Shown here piece by piece: positions 1-9,223 of a DNA stretch of 64,000 nt. The stretch is taken from assembly GCA_038118725.1 (NCBI GenBank), contig JAYOIK010000003.1:1485-65484 (forward strand), in the 5' to 3' direction. Source of the DNA: Alphaproteobacteria bacterium (lineage in GTDB: Bacteria; Pseudomonadota; Alphaproteobacteria; Thalassobaculales; Thalassobaculaceae). Position 1 is the first letter of the stretch. Each line of letters begins with the position of its first letter. The notes under the pieces are model-generated. The model ran no database searches, was not told the origin of the DNA, and saw only the letters and a program-made list of their open reading frames with translations. Made by a program: the position numbers and the translations under genes.

Positions 1-444
1 CGTTGACGATCATGTTGCCGTCGCGGCCCCGGAACGTATCGTCGGCCTCGCCGATCCGTTGCTCGCAGCGCTTGAAATACGGTAGCACGTCCGCATAGCC
101 CCAGCCGCGATTGCCCATTTGCGACCAGCCGTCATAATCCATGCGCTGGCCGCGGTTGTAGACATGACCGTTGATCGAGCTTGATCCGCCGAGTGTTTTG
201 CCCCGGGGTGCCGCGATTGCTCGCCCGTTGGTCCAGGGGCCGGGCTCGTATTCGTAAAGCCAGTTTATCTTGGGATTGACCAGGGTCTTCATGAAGCCGG
301 CGGGAATGTGGATATACGGATCCCAGTCCGGTGGCCCGGCTTCCAGAAGACAGACACTATGCTTGCCGTCGGCGGTGAGCCGGTTCGCCACGATGCAGCC
401 GGCCGAGCCGGCGCCGACGATGATATAGTCAAATGTGTCGGCCA
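1..444 (-). CDS. GMC family FAD-dependent oxidoreductase (choline/alcohol dehydrogenase-like), N-terminal part; the C-terminus lies beyond the left window edge
   Basis: Manual minus-strand translation from TTG at 442-444 gives LADTFDYIIVGAGSAGCIVANRL...RGKTLGGSSSINGHVYNRG...WGYADVLPYFKR. This contains the GxGxxG FAD fold and a GMC N-terminal signature. It is absent from the ORF track because it runs off the edge. Confidence 0.8.
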
Positions 445-690
445 AGGTTCCCGTCCTCTAATCGTTGCTCCATGAAGCGCGTCATGAGTGTCGTTATATC
501 AATTTAAAAATCGCTAAACCAAGAAGATGTCTGGCTTGGCCGGTTTCAATCGAGCGGATGGCTCGCTGGTGACCCTTGTCATCTTGCCCCTGACGTGTCG
601 CGCGGCTATAACGCGCCCGCCGCGTGGTTGCTTCCATTCAATCGCGCCACCGTATCCATCCTGAACCTCAAAACAGAGTCGAGACCCACC

Positions 691-1113
691 ATGGCCATCG
701 AGCGCACCTTCTCCATCATCAAGCCCGACGCGACCGCCTCCAACAAAACCGGCGTCATCAACGCCCTGATCGAGGCCGCCGGCCTTCGCATCATCGCCCA
801 ACGGCGTATTCAAATGACCCGCGCCCAAGCCGAGCGCTTCTACGCGGTGCACTCCGAGCGTCCGTTCTACGGCGAGCTGGTTGATTTCATGATTTCCGGC
901 CCGGTGGTGGTTCAGGTTCTCGAGGGCGAGAACGCGATCGCCAAGTACCGTGAAGTGATGGGCGCGACTAACCCGGCCGAAGCCGCCGACGGCACCATTC
1001 GCAAGCTCTACGCCAAGAGTGTCGGTGAGAACTCGGTTCACGGCTCCGACGCGCCGGAAACCGCCGCCGAGGAGATTCCTCAGTTCTTCAGCGCCGCCGA
1101 TATCGCGGGCTGA
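691..1113 (+). CDS. ndk: nucleoside diphosphate kinase
   Basis: [14 protein letters not shown]...[16 protein letters not shown] is the canonical NDK sequence of ~140 aa. I chose the internal ATG at 691 over the track start at 595. Confidence 0.95.
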   Translation: MAIERTFSIIKPDATASNKTGVINALIEAAGLRIIAQRRIQMTRAQAERFYAVHSERPFYGELVDFMISGPVVVQVLEGENAIAKYREVMGATNPAEAADGTIRKLYAKSVGENSVHGSDAPETAAEEIPQFFSAADIAG

Positions 1114-1126
1114 TAACGCGCATGCC

Positions 1127-1152
1127 GCCGCCGGACGGTCTTGTCCGGCGGC
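1127..1152. terminator. perfect 10-bp inverted repeat (GCCGCCGGAC / GTCCGGCGGC, 6-nt loop) between convergent ndk and the TauD-like gene; possible bidirectional terminator hairpin
   Basis: Read directly from the sequence. No U-tract on either side, hence only moderate confidence. Confidence 0.45.
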
Positions 1153-1175
1153 GCGCTATCGCGCCCTACCGGGTC

Positions 1176-2003
1176 CTAGAACGGCTTGTCACCCTTGATG
1201 GTGACCCGATAGCCGGACCGGACCTGGGGGTAGTAATCCCAGATCGCCAGATGCTGGACGCAGCGGTTATCCCAGAACGCGACGCTGTTATTCTCCCAGC
1301 TGAAGCGAACCTGGAAATCCGGTTTCTCGCAATGATCCCACAAAACCCGCAGCATCGCGCGGCTTTCGTCGCGGGGTAGCTCGTTGATTCGCGTGGTGAA
1401 GGTTCGGTTGACATAGAGCGCCTTACGCCCGGTCACCGGATGGGTTCTCACAATCGGATGCACGGCGCGGGGATAGACCTTGCCGGTATCGTCATGCCCC
1501 CGATCGGCGTAGCGATCGCGATAGACATGCTCTCCCGAATGGGTGGCGGTCAGCCCCTCGAGATAGGTCTTCATCCGGTCGCTGAGCGCGTCATAGGCGG
1601 CGTACATGCTGGCGAACAGGGTATCGCCGCCTACCTCGGGCACCTCCCAAAGATGCAGGACGCTACCCATCGGCGGTTCCTCGTCGCAGGACACGTCGGA
1701 GTGCCATTTCTCGCCCGCGACACGCTTTGAATCCTTGTCCGCGTGGATGATCAGAATCTCCGGGTGGCCCGGCGGCGGCGGCGAGCCCGGATGGATGTGC
1801 AATTCCCCGAAACGCCGTCCGAAGGCCTTGTGCTGCTCAACCTCCAGCGGCTGGTCGCGGAAAAAGATGACCGAGTGCTCCATCAGCGCGTCATGGACTT
1901 CCTGGAACTGCTGGTTGCCCAACGGCTCGTTCAGGTTAATCCCGGAAATCTCGGCGCCGATGCGCGGCGTGAGCGGTTTTACCTGTATCGTTTCGTACGC
2001 CAT
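1176..2003 (-). CDS. TauD/TfdA family Fe(II)/2-oxoglutarate-dependent dioxygenase
   Basis: MAYETIQVKPLTPRIGAEISGINL...WHSDVSCDEEPPMGSVLH...AFWDNRCVQH shows TauD-family motifs. Start taken at the internal ATG 2003. Confidence 0.85.
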   Translation of the reverse strand: MAYETIQVKPLTPRIGAEISGINLNEPLGNQQFQEVHDALMEHSVIFFRDQPLEVEQHKAFGRRFGELHIHPGSPPPPGHPEILIIHADKDSKRVAGEKWHSDVSCDEEPPMGSVLHLWEVPEVGGDTLFASMYAAYDALSDRMKTYLEGLTATHSGEHVYRDRYADRGHDDTGKVYPRAVHPIVRTHPVTGRKALYVNRTFTTRINELPRDESRAMLRVLWDHCEKPDFQVRFSWENNSVAFWDNRCVQHLAIWDYYPQVRSGYRVTIKGDKPF

Positions 2004-2170
2004 GGCGAGGTTCCTTCCGAGATTATGTCCGTAAATCGCGACCATGATGCGGTTTCGAGAGGCGCCGCGTCGAGCCGAACGCCGCAATTCCACATATCCG
2101 ATGCTGTCTTCGTATTGCCCGCGCGTCAATCCGTGTCACACTCCTTGCCTGCAATCTGGAGGAAGTGACG

Positions 2171-3397
2171 ATGGCGACCAATGGTGGCGCGGGGATGCTC
2201 GCGGGTGTGCGTGTTCTGGATATGACTCAATTCGAGGCGGGGCCGTCCTGCACCGAAACCTTGGCTTGGATGGGCGCCGAGGTGGTGAAGCTGGAGAACC
2301 CCAAGGGCGGTGACGCGGGTCGTTACTCAACCTCGGAGAAGCAGGGCGTCGATTCCTTCTATTTCATGCAATTCAATTCCGGCAAGAAGAGCATCACCTG
2401 CAACCTGAAAACGCCCGAGGGCGTGGCTCTGGTGAAGAAACTGGTCAAGGAGGCCAATGTCTTCATCGAGAACTTCGCGCCCGGCGTGGTCAAGCGCATG
2501 GGGCTGGACTATGAGTCGATCAAGGCCGAGAACCCGAACATAATCTACGCCTCGGTGAAGGGCTTCGCCGAGGGCAGCCCCTACGAGAACTTTCTCTCCT
2601 TCGACATGATCGGCCAGTCGGCCGGCGGCGTGCTCTCGATTACTGGAGAGCCCGACGGCGCGCCTTGCAAACCGGGCGTTACCCTTGCGGATACGGGTAC
2701 CGGCATGCTGATGTCGATCACCATTCTCGGCGCGCTCTATCGCCAGCAGGCGACGGGGCAGGGAGAGCATCTGCAACTCGCCATGCAGGACGCGATGCTG
2801 CAGTACTCGCGCCTTGCTTATGCCTATCGCGACATGCACGGCAAGCCGGCGCCCAGGGCCGGGGCCAAGGTGTTCACCACCGGCAACGCGCCGATGGGGA
2901 TCTTTCCCTGCAAGCCCGGCGGGAAAAACGACTATGTCTATATCTACACCACCCGCGCCGGTAACCATCACTGGGAGCGGCTTTGCAACCTTATCGGCCG
3001 GCCCGAGTTGATTTCCGACCCGCGCTTCGCCGACCCCAAGGCTCGAGCCGAGAACGAGCCGGAGATCGACGCGATTCTCACCGAGTTCACCAAACAGCAT
3101 GACAAGCGCACGGCGATGAAGCTGATCGGTGAATGCGGCGTGCCCTGCGGCGCGGTCCTGGATGTGGGAGAGCTCTATGACGACCCGGATCTCAACGCGC
3201 GGGGCATCTTCCAGCACATGGATCATCCGGAACGCGGCGAGTATAAGATGCCGGGCTGGCCGGTGAAGGTGGGTGGCGGCCACCTACCGATCCCGCCGGC
3301 GCCGCTTCTGGGAGAGCATGTGGATTCGGTGCTCTCCGGCTGGCTCGACATGAGCGCCGAGGAAATCGCCGAGCTGAGGAAAGGCGGCGCTGTCTGA
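2171..3397 (+). CDS. family III CoA-transferase (CaiB/BaiF/Frc family)
   Basis: GVRVLDMTQFEAGPSCTETLAWMGAEVVKLENPKGGDAGR is the typical N-terminal family III motif. GGAGGA lies 8 nt upstream of ATG 2171; the track start GTG 2165 is also possible. Confidence 0.85.
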   Translation: MATNGGAGMLAGVRVLDMTQFEAGPSCTETLAWMGAEVVKLENPKGGDAGRYSTSEKQGVDSFYFMQFNSGKKSITCNLKTPEGVALVKKLVKEANVFIENFAPGVVKRMGLDYESIKAENPNIIYASVKGFAEGSPYENFLSFDMIGQSAGGVLSITGEPDGAPCKPGVTLADTGTGMLMSITILGALYRQQATGQGEHLQLAMQDAMLQYSRLAYAYRDMHGKPAPRAGAKVFTTGNAPMGIFPCKPGGKNDYVYIYTTRAGNHHWERLCNLIGRPELISDPRFADPKARAENEPEIDAILTEFTKQHDKRTAMKLIGECGVPCGAVLDVGELYDDPDLNARGIFQHMDHPERGEYKMPGWPVKVGGGHLPIPPAPLLGEHVDSVLSGWLDMSAEEIAELRKGGAV

Positions 3398-3408
3398 CAA
3401 CAATACAT

Positions 3409-3547
3409 CGTCATCCCGGCGAAGGCCGGGACCCATTCCGCTGAATTTTCCATGTGACGTTCGCGTCAATCAAAGTATCGCCGTGATTGAACCAGCGATG
3501 AGGTTGACAGGTCAGCGGAATGGGTCCCGCTTTGCAGCGGGATGACG
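3409..3547. repeat. 139-bp palindromic element with 36-bp terminal inverted repeats, each carrying its own hairpin
   Basis: Left arm CGTCATCCCGGCGAAGGCCGGGACCCATTCCGCTGA (3409-3444). Right arm TCAGCGGAATGGGTCCCGCTTTGCAGCGGGATGACG (3512-3547). The arms are near-perfect reverse complements. Confidence 0.8.
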
Positions 3548-3593
3548 GCCATGAATCTTTATCTTTGAAATAAACCAACCAAGGGAGGCAACG

Positions 3594-5246
3594 GTGGCCC
3601 AACTCACCGGTTCGGAAATTCTAGCCAAGGCGCTGCGCAATGAAGGCGTGGACGACCTGTTCTTCATCATGGGCGGGCCGATGCTGCTCGCCGAGGAATC
3701 CTGCATCAAGGAGGGCATCCGCCCGATCGACGTGCGTCACGAACAGGCCGCGGCCTTCATGGGGCAGGCCTATAGCCGTTTGCTCAACAAGCCGAGCGTC
3801 TGCATGGCGGCCAGCGGCCCGGGGGTGACCAACCTGATCACCGGGATCGCCAATGCCTATATCGACTGCGTGCCCGTGGTCGCGGTCGGTGGATCCAGCC
3901 CTTTCAAGGCCTATGGTCAGCAGGTCTTCCAGGAGATCGATCAGCTCTCGATGATGAAGCCCTGCACCAAGTGGGCCGAGCGGGTGTACTCCCTGAAACG
4001 CATCCCCGAGATGGTCAATGTCGCCTTCCAGAAGGCGATGGCGGGCAAGCCGGGGCCGGTCTATCTCGAATTCCCGGGCGATATTCTCTACGAGAAGATC
4101 GACGAGGAGGATATCGACTGGACGATTTCTGGACGCGAGCTACCGCGGGCGCGCCCGCATGCCTCGCCCGAGCAGGTTGATTCAGTGATCGACGCGCTTT
4201 CCAAGGCGAAACAGCCGGTGATCGTCACCGGCGGCGGCATCCTGTGGTCCGACGCTTCCGAGGAGTTGCGCGAATTCGTCGATAAGGCCGGCATTCCGTT
4301 CTACACCACGCCACAGGGCCGGGGCGTGATCCCCGAGGATCATCCGCTCTCCTTCATGACCGTGCGCTCGGCGGCGTTCCGCGATGCCGATCTGATCATG
4401 ATCCTTGGCACTCGGATGAACTACATCATCGGCCATGCCGCGCCGCCGCGCTTCAACGCCAACGCGACCATCGTGCGCGTCGATATCGACGAGGAGGAGA
4501 TCAGCACCTCGCCGCGCAAGATCGATATCGGTATCGTCGGCGACGCCAAGGCGGTGCTGGGCCAGATCAACGCCAAGCTGGACGGCAAGATCAGCTCCGA
4601 CACGTTCTCCGGCTGGCACAAGCGGCTCGGCGACGAGGAGGCGGCCAAGCGCTCGCGACCCGGCGGCAACAGCGTCTCGGACGCCACGCCGATCCACCCG
4701 CTGCGGCTCTGCGAGGAAGTTAAGAACTTCATGAATCGCGACGCGATCCTGGTGGTCGACGGTCAGGAGATCCTGAACTACGGCCGCCAGTCGATGCCGA
4801 CCTTCGCGCCGGGCCATCGACTCAATTCCGGCCCGTTCGGCACCATGGGCGTCGGTCTTCCCTTCGGCCTCGGCGCCAAGGTGGCCAAGCCCGACACCCA
4901 GGTCATCGTGGTTCACGGCGACGGCTCCTTCGGTCTGAACGCCATGGAGCTCGATACAGCGGTCCGTCACGGTATCAACGTCCTGGTGGTGATCAGCCTC
5001 AACGGCGGCTGGACGGCGGACCCGGACGGGACCAAGCCGGGCCGGGATCTCGGCTACACCCGTTATGACAAGATGGCCGAGGCGCTGGGTTGTTACGGCG
5101 AGTATGTCGAGGAACCGGGCGACATCCGTCCGGCTCTCGAACGCGCCCAGGCCGAGGTCGACAAGGGCCGCGTCGCGGTGGTCAACATCAAGACCGATTT
5201 CACCGCGCGCGCGGGTACGCAGGCGTTTGCGCAATACTCGACGTAA
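3594..5246 (+). CDS. thiamine diphosphate-dependent enzyme, oxalyl-CoA decarboxylase / 2-hydroxyacyl-CoA lyase / acetolactate synthase-like
   Basis: 550 aa. N-terminal Pyr domain (VRHEQAAAFMGQAY...SGPGVTNLITGIANAY...GGSS...FQEIDQ). C-terminal ThDP motif GDGSFG...NGGW. GTG start 6 nt after GGGAGG. Confidence 0.85.
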   Translation: MAQLTGSEILAKALRNEGVDDLFFIMGGPMLLAEESCIKEGIRPIDVRHEQAAAFMGQAYSRLLNKPSVCMAASGPGVTNLITGIANAYIDCVPVVAVGGSSPFKAYGQQVFQEIDQLSMMKPCTKWAERVYSLKRIPEMVNVAFQKAMAGKPGPVYLEFPGDILYEKIDEEDIDWTISGRELPRARPHASPEQVDSVIDALSKAKQPVIVTGGGILWSDASEELREFVDKAGIPFYTTPQGRGVIPEDHPLSFMTVRSAAFRDADLIMILGTRMNYIIGHAAPPRFNANATIVRVDIDEEEISTSPRKIDIGIVGDAKAVLGQINAKLDGKISSDTFSGWHKRLGDEEAAKRSRPGGNSVSDATPIHPLRLCEEVKNFMNRDAILVVDGQEILNYGRQSMPTFAPGHRLNSGPFGTMGVGLPFGLGAKVAKPDTQVIVVHGDGSFGLNAMELDTAVRHGINVLVVISLNGGWTADPDGTKPGRDLGYTRYDKMAEALGCYGEYVEEPGDIRPALERAQAEVDKGRVAVVNIKTDFTARAGTQAFAQYST

Positions 5247-5268
5247 GGTTTGAGTGAGACAAATGTGG

Positions 5269-5310
5269 ACGGGCTGGCTTGGGAAACCAAGCCCGCCCGT
5301 TTTTTGTTGT
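5269..5310 (+). terminator. Rho-independent terminator after the ThDP-enzyme gene
   Basis: 14-bp stem with 13 pairs (ACGGGCTGGCTTGG / CCAAGCCCGCCCGT), a GAAA tetraloop, then TTTTTGTTGT. Confidence 0.8.
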
Positions 5311-5380
5311 GGGTATGGATCTGATGTATCGAAAGTAGACTGGCGGTGCGCCCACGCTATCACCCCCTAAAATTACCTTC

Positions 5381-5540
5381 CGTCACCCCGCGCTTGACGC
5401 GGGGCCGAAGCTTGAGGCGATGGCTTGTGACGGGTCTCTGATCGCGACGTCGCGGGGCTGTGGTCAGGGCTCCATTGTTCCGTTATCCGTCGCTTTGACC
5501 CGCCTCAGGCGTCGGCCCCGCATCGGGGTGCGGGGTGACG
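5381..5540. repeat. 160-bp palindromic element with hairpin-containing terminal inverted repeats
   Basis: Left CGTCACCCCGCGCTTGACGCGGGGCCG (5381-5407). Right CGGCCCCGCATCGGGGTGCGGGGTGACG (5513-5540). It lies between convergent gene ends. Confidence 0.75.
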
Positions 5541-5562
5541 GGCGAGAGGGAGGCGGGGGAAT

Positions 5563-6180
5563 TCACCCCACCCGATAGCCATACTCCGCAGCGGCTTGTT
5601 CGACACTCTCGAGGAAGCTTACCGCGAAGCCGCGGGCGACATAGACGTCGAATACGTCGGCGGCTCGGCAGTCGATCAGCGCCGAGACGTGAAACAGCGC
5701 CGTCTGGGCGCACATGCCGGGGGTAAAGGAGGCCTCGTGCCAATCAAGCGGCCCGGCCTTCATCAGGACCTGGCGCACCGCGCGACCGGACAGGCGCAGC
5801 GAGGCGCGGCCATGGCCGAGATCGACGACCGCCGCGTTACTGGGAGCCAACGCATCGCGCATCAGGCCGAGCAAATCCCGGCTCTCCGGCTCCACCACCA
5901 TCCAACGGTTCGGGCCGGTCCAGAGGATACGCGGGCGGCCGTCGCCGACGGACGTGTTGAACGCCTCCGAAGGACGAAGCCCAAGGGCATCCGCCGTCGC
6001 CTCCAACATCGCGCCGAGCTCGGCGGGGCGGGCCTCGATCTGGACCATCGAGAGCGGGTGCCGCTCGGTGATGACGAGGCCTGGGCCGCGATAATCCTGG
6101 GCGCCATGATCACCGGGGCGGAGCGCGCCGGCCAGGGCCGATCGACGGGGCGGGGATGACTGGGTTCCGGTCTCAGGCAT
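5563..6180 (-). CDS. soxG: sarcosine oxidase subunit gamma
   Basis: Last gene of the soxBDAG order, ~200 aa, with an 8-nt overlap with the soxA stop. The SoxG-like sequence is weakly conserved, so the call rests largely on position. Confidence 0.8.
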   Translation of the reverse strand: MPETGTQSSPPRRSALAGALRPGDHGAQDYRGPGLVITERHPLSMVQIEARPAELGAMLEATADALGLRPSEAFNTSVGDGRPRILWTGPNRWMVVEPESRDLLGLMRDALAPSNAAVVDLGHGRASLRLSGRAVRQVLMKAGPLDWHEASFTPGMCAQTALFHVSALIDCRAADVFDVYVARGFAVSFLESVEQAAAEYGYRVG

Positions 6181-9100
6181 GGAGCCGCTCCCCTTGCTTG
6201 TCGAAGAAAATGGGGTCGACGATCCTGACCTCGACCGCCTCGTCCCGGAGCGGGAACATCGCCCAGACGGTCTCGCCCTCGCGGCTCATGCCGCCCTCGA
6301 CCAGACCGAGCGAGATCGGGTGGCCCAGGGTCGGGCTGAGATAGGCCGAGGATGAAACATGGCCGAGTTTGGGTACCGGCGGCGGTACCGACGGGTCCGC
6401 CACCAGAATGGAGCCGGCTCGGGCCCGGGTCTTGCCGTCCACCGGCACCAGGCCGACGAACTTGGGCCGGGCCGGATCGACCAGTCCCTCGCGGCCCATC
6501 ATGCGCCGACCGATATAGTCCTTCTTGGTGCTGGCCATCTTGCTGAGACTGAGATCGTCGGCGGTGGTGCGCCCGTCAAGTTCTCCGCCCGCGACATGGC
6601 CTTTTTCGATCCGCATGATCGCCATCGCCTCCGTGCCGTAGGGGATGATCCCGTGCGCCGCGCCGACCTCCATGATCCGCTCCCAGACCAGTCGGCCGTA
6701 ATCGGCGGGAACATTGACCTCATAGGCAAGCTCGCCGGAGAAACTGACCCGGAAAACCCTGGCGAAGGCGCCGGCGATCGTGGTTTCGCGCACCCCCATG
6801 AAGGGCAGGGCCTCGTTCGAAACATCCAGGCCCTCGACGGCGGCGGCCAGAACCTCGCGGCTCTTCGGGCCGGCCAGGGCCATCGCCGCCCATTGCTCGG
6901 TTACCGAGACGATTTTCACGTCCAATTCCGGCCAGTGGATCTGGAGATACTCCTCCATATGGCTCATCACCGGGCCCGCGTTGGCCGTGGTGGTGGTCAT
7001 GAAATAGTGGTTCTCGCCGATGCGCGACGTGGTTCCGTCATCGAAGACGATCCCGTCGTCGCGCAGCATGATCCCATAGCGCGCGCGACCCACCGGCAGC
7101 GCTTTCCAGCCGTTGGTATAGAGCCGGTTCAGGAACTCGGCGGCGTCCTTGCCCTGGATATCGATCTTGCCGAGGGTCGAGACATCCACCATTCCGACAC
7201 CGCCGCGTGTATCGGTCACCTCGCGGGCGATGGCCCGGTCGAAATCCGCCTTCACGTTGGCCTCGCCGTCGCGCAGATAGTATTGCGGGCGTAGCCACTG
7301 GCCGGCTTCGACGAAGATCGCGCCGTTCTCGGCGTGCCAGTCGTGCATCGCCGAGCGACGGGTCGGCGCGAAGTGTTTGCCGATGTCGCGCCCGCCGAGC
7401 GGCCCGAAGGCGACGGGGTTGTAGGGCGGGCGGAAAGTGGTGGTGCCCACCGCCTCGATCGGCTCGCCCCGCGCTTCGGCCATGATCGCGTGACCGTTCA
7501 TGTTCGAGGTCTTGCCCTGATCGGTGCCCATGCCGAGGGTCGTGTAGCGTTTCAGATGCTCGACCGAGATATAGCCCTCGCGATGCGCCAGTTCGACATC
7601 CCCAGCGGTAACGTCGTCCTGGAAATCGACGAACTTCTTGCCCGGCCCCGGGACCCGCCAGAGCGCGACCAGCGGCTTGCCGGACGGCGCTTCGGCTCTC
7701 GGGGTTTCCACGGGCGTGGCGCCAAAGCCAAGCAGTTCGGCGGCCCCGGCCCCGGCCTCGGCGCCCTGTGCGAGACAACCGGCCAGCGCGAGAGCTCCCG
7801 CCCCGGCGCCCGCCGAGCGTTCCGCCTGGCGCGGTTCGCCGGGAACGAAACCGGCGATCGTCGCGTCATAGACCGGACGCGCGCCGGAATGGGTATGCAG
7901 ATGCACGTTCGGGCTCCAGCCACCGGAGACCGCCAGCAGATCGCAGGAAAGGTTGAAGGCATTGCCGGTGACCGCGCGGCCATCTTCGCTGATCGGCGCG
8001 ATGTCGACGCTATGCAGCGCGAGATAACCGTTCGTGCCGATAACCGCCGAGCCGGTCAGGCACTCAATCCCCGCCGCCTCGACCATGCTCTTGAGCGCCT
8101 CGTTGCCGCCCGCCCGGCTGTCGACCAGGGCGTGCACCGCGATCCCGGCGCGGGCGAGGTCCAGGGCGGTCGCGTAGCCGTCGTCGTTATTGGCGAAGAC
8201 GACCGCGCGTTTGCCGGGCTGAACGGCGAAGCGGTTGACATAGCTTCGCGCCGCCGAGGCCAGCATGACGCCGGGCCGGTCATTGTCGGCGAAGACCAGG
8301 GGGCGTTCCGTCGCGCCCGCGGCCAGCACCACGCGCTTGGCCCGGAAATGCCAGAGCCGTTGACGCACGCCGAAAGCCGGCGGTGTCACCTGGTGGTCGG
8401 ACACTCTTTCAACTGCGGCGATGACATTGCCGTCGTAATAGCCGAAACCCATGGTCCGGGTCATGACCGTGACGTTGTCGAGGCCGTCAAGTTCCGTCGA
8501 GGCCGTCCGAACCCAGTTCATGGCCGGCGCGTCGTCCAATACCTCGCGGTCCGAGCGTAGCCGTCCGCCGAGCGCGTCGCTTTCCTCGAGTAGGATCACC
8601 CGGGCGCCAGAGCGGCCCGCCGACAGCGCCGCCGCGATCCCCGCCGGTCCGCCGCCGACGACGAGGATGTCGCAATGGGCGTGCATCTTGTCATAGGAAT
8701 CCGGGTCGGAAAGGTTGGTGCCGCTGCCCATTCCGGCGGCCTTGCGGATGAAATGCTCATAGAAATGCCAGCCCGGCAGTCCCATGAAGGTCTTGTAATA
8801 GAAACCGGCGACGAAAACCGGCGAGAGCAGGGCGTTCACCTGCATCACGTCGAGCATCAGATTGGGCCAGCGGTTCTGGCTATTGGCCTCCAGGCCCGCG
8901 AAAAGCTCGGTCACGGTCGCGCGTGTGTTCGGCTCGTGCCGCCCGCCTGACCGGAGTTCCACCAGGGCGTTGGGTTCCTCCGGCCCGGCGGTGTAGATGC
9001 CGCGCGGGCGATGGTACTTAAAGCTGCGTCCGACCAGCCTTACGCCATTGGCCAGAAGCGCCGAGGCCAAGGTGTCGCCGCGATAGCCATTGTAGGACTT

Positions 9101-9223
9101 GCCGTCGAAGGTGAAGGGCAGGGGGGCCAGCCGGTCGACCTCACCGCCCTCGTCCAGGCGGAACGGTTGCTCGGCCTTTCGGGGGAACAGCAGGCTCGGG
9201 ATCAGGTCGCGGGGCGAGATCAT
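6173..9223 (-). CDS. soxA: sarcosine oxidase subunit alpha
   Basis: 1016 aa with an N-terminal 2Fe-2S-like/FAD-NAD region (DILVVGGGPAGIAAAL) and a C-terminal aminomethyltransferase (GcvT-like) folate-binding domain. ATGA overlap with soxD. Confidence 0.95.
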   Translation of the reverse strand: MISPRDLIPSLLFPRKAEQPFRLDEGGEVDRLAPLPFTFDGKSYNGYRGDTLASALLANGVRLVGRSFKYHRPRGIYTAGPEEPNALVELRSGGRHEPNTRATVTELFAGLEANSQNRWPNLMLDVMQVNALLSPVFVAGFYYKTFMGLPGWHFYEHFIRKAAGMGSGTNLSDPDSYDKMHAHCDILVVGGGPAGIAAALSAGRSGARVILLEESDALGGRLRSDREVLDDAPAMNWVRTASTELDGLDNVTVMTRTMGFGYYDGNVIAAVERVSDHQVTPPAFGVRQRLWHFRAKRVVLAAGATERPLVFADNDRPGVMLASAARSYVNRFAVQPGKRAVVFANNDDGYATALDLARAGIAVHALVDSRAGGNEALKSMVEAAGIECLTGSAVIGTNGYLALHSVDIAPISEDGRAVTGNAFNLSCDLLAVSGGWSPNVHLHTHSGARPVYDATIAGFVPGEPRQAERSAGAGAGALALAGCLAQGAEAGAGAAELLGFGATPVETPRAEAPSGKPLVALWRVPGPGKKFVDFQDDVTAGDVELAHREGYISVEHLKRYTTLGMGTDQGKTSNMNGHAIMAEARGEPIEAVGTTTFRPPYNPVAFGPLGGRDIGKHFAPTRRSAMHDWHAENGAIFVEAGQWLRPQYYLRDGEANVKADFDRAIAREVTDTRGGVGMVDVSTLGKIDIQGKDAAEFLNRLYTNGWKALPVGRARYGIMLRDDGIVFDDGTTSRIGENHYFMTTTTANAGPVMSHMEEYLQIHWPELDVKIVSVTEQWAAMALAGPKSREVLAAAVEGLDVSNEALPFMGVRETTIAGAFARVFRVSFSGELAYEVNVPADYGRLVWERIMEVGAAHGIIPYGTEAMAIMRIEKGHVAGGELDGRTTADDLSLSKMASTKKDYIGRRMMGREGLVDPARPKFVGLVPVDGKTRARAGSILVADPSVPPPVPKLGHVSSSAYLSPTLGHPISLGLVEGGMSREGETVWAMFPLRDEAVEVRIVDPIFFDKQGERLHA

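Noticed and set aside
595-1113. Extended N-termini given by the ORF track for ndk, and likewise for the genes at 1176-2129, 9521-10870, 20097-21545, 27485-28225, 37452-38639, 49396-51537, 52564-53253, 55846-57573 and 61719-62645.
   Set aside because: Internal starts reproduce the canonical family N-termini and usually have a purine-rich RBS. The extensions are Arg/Pro-rich and overlap neighbouring features.
1176-2003. Naming the two TauD/TfdA-family genes tauD (taurine dioxygenase).
   Set aside because: No taurine transporter (tauABC) or sulfonate genes are adjacent. Substrate cannot be inferred within this broad family.
2171-5246. Naming the pair frc/oxc (formyl-CoA transferase / oxalyl-CoA decarboxylase).
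   Set aside because: I can support only family-level resemblance from memory. The ThDP enzyme is shorter than Oxc and equally compatible with HACL- or AHAS-like enzymes. Gene symbols are left empty.
4182-5363. 393-aa ORF antisense to the ThDP-enzyme gene.
   Set aside because: It is a shadow ORF of a GC-rich gene. The sense strand has unmistakable ThDP-enzyme motifs. The antisense translation is Arg/Ala/Gly/Asp-rich low-complexity sequence.
7334-8560. 408-aa ORF antisense to soxA, along with other antisense ORFs at 6359-7294 and 7038-7778.
   Set aside because: The reason is the same: soxA on the minus strand is unambiguous.
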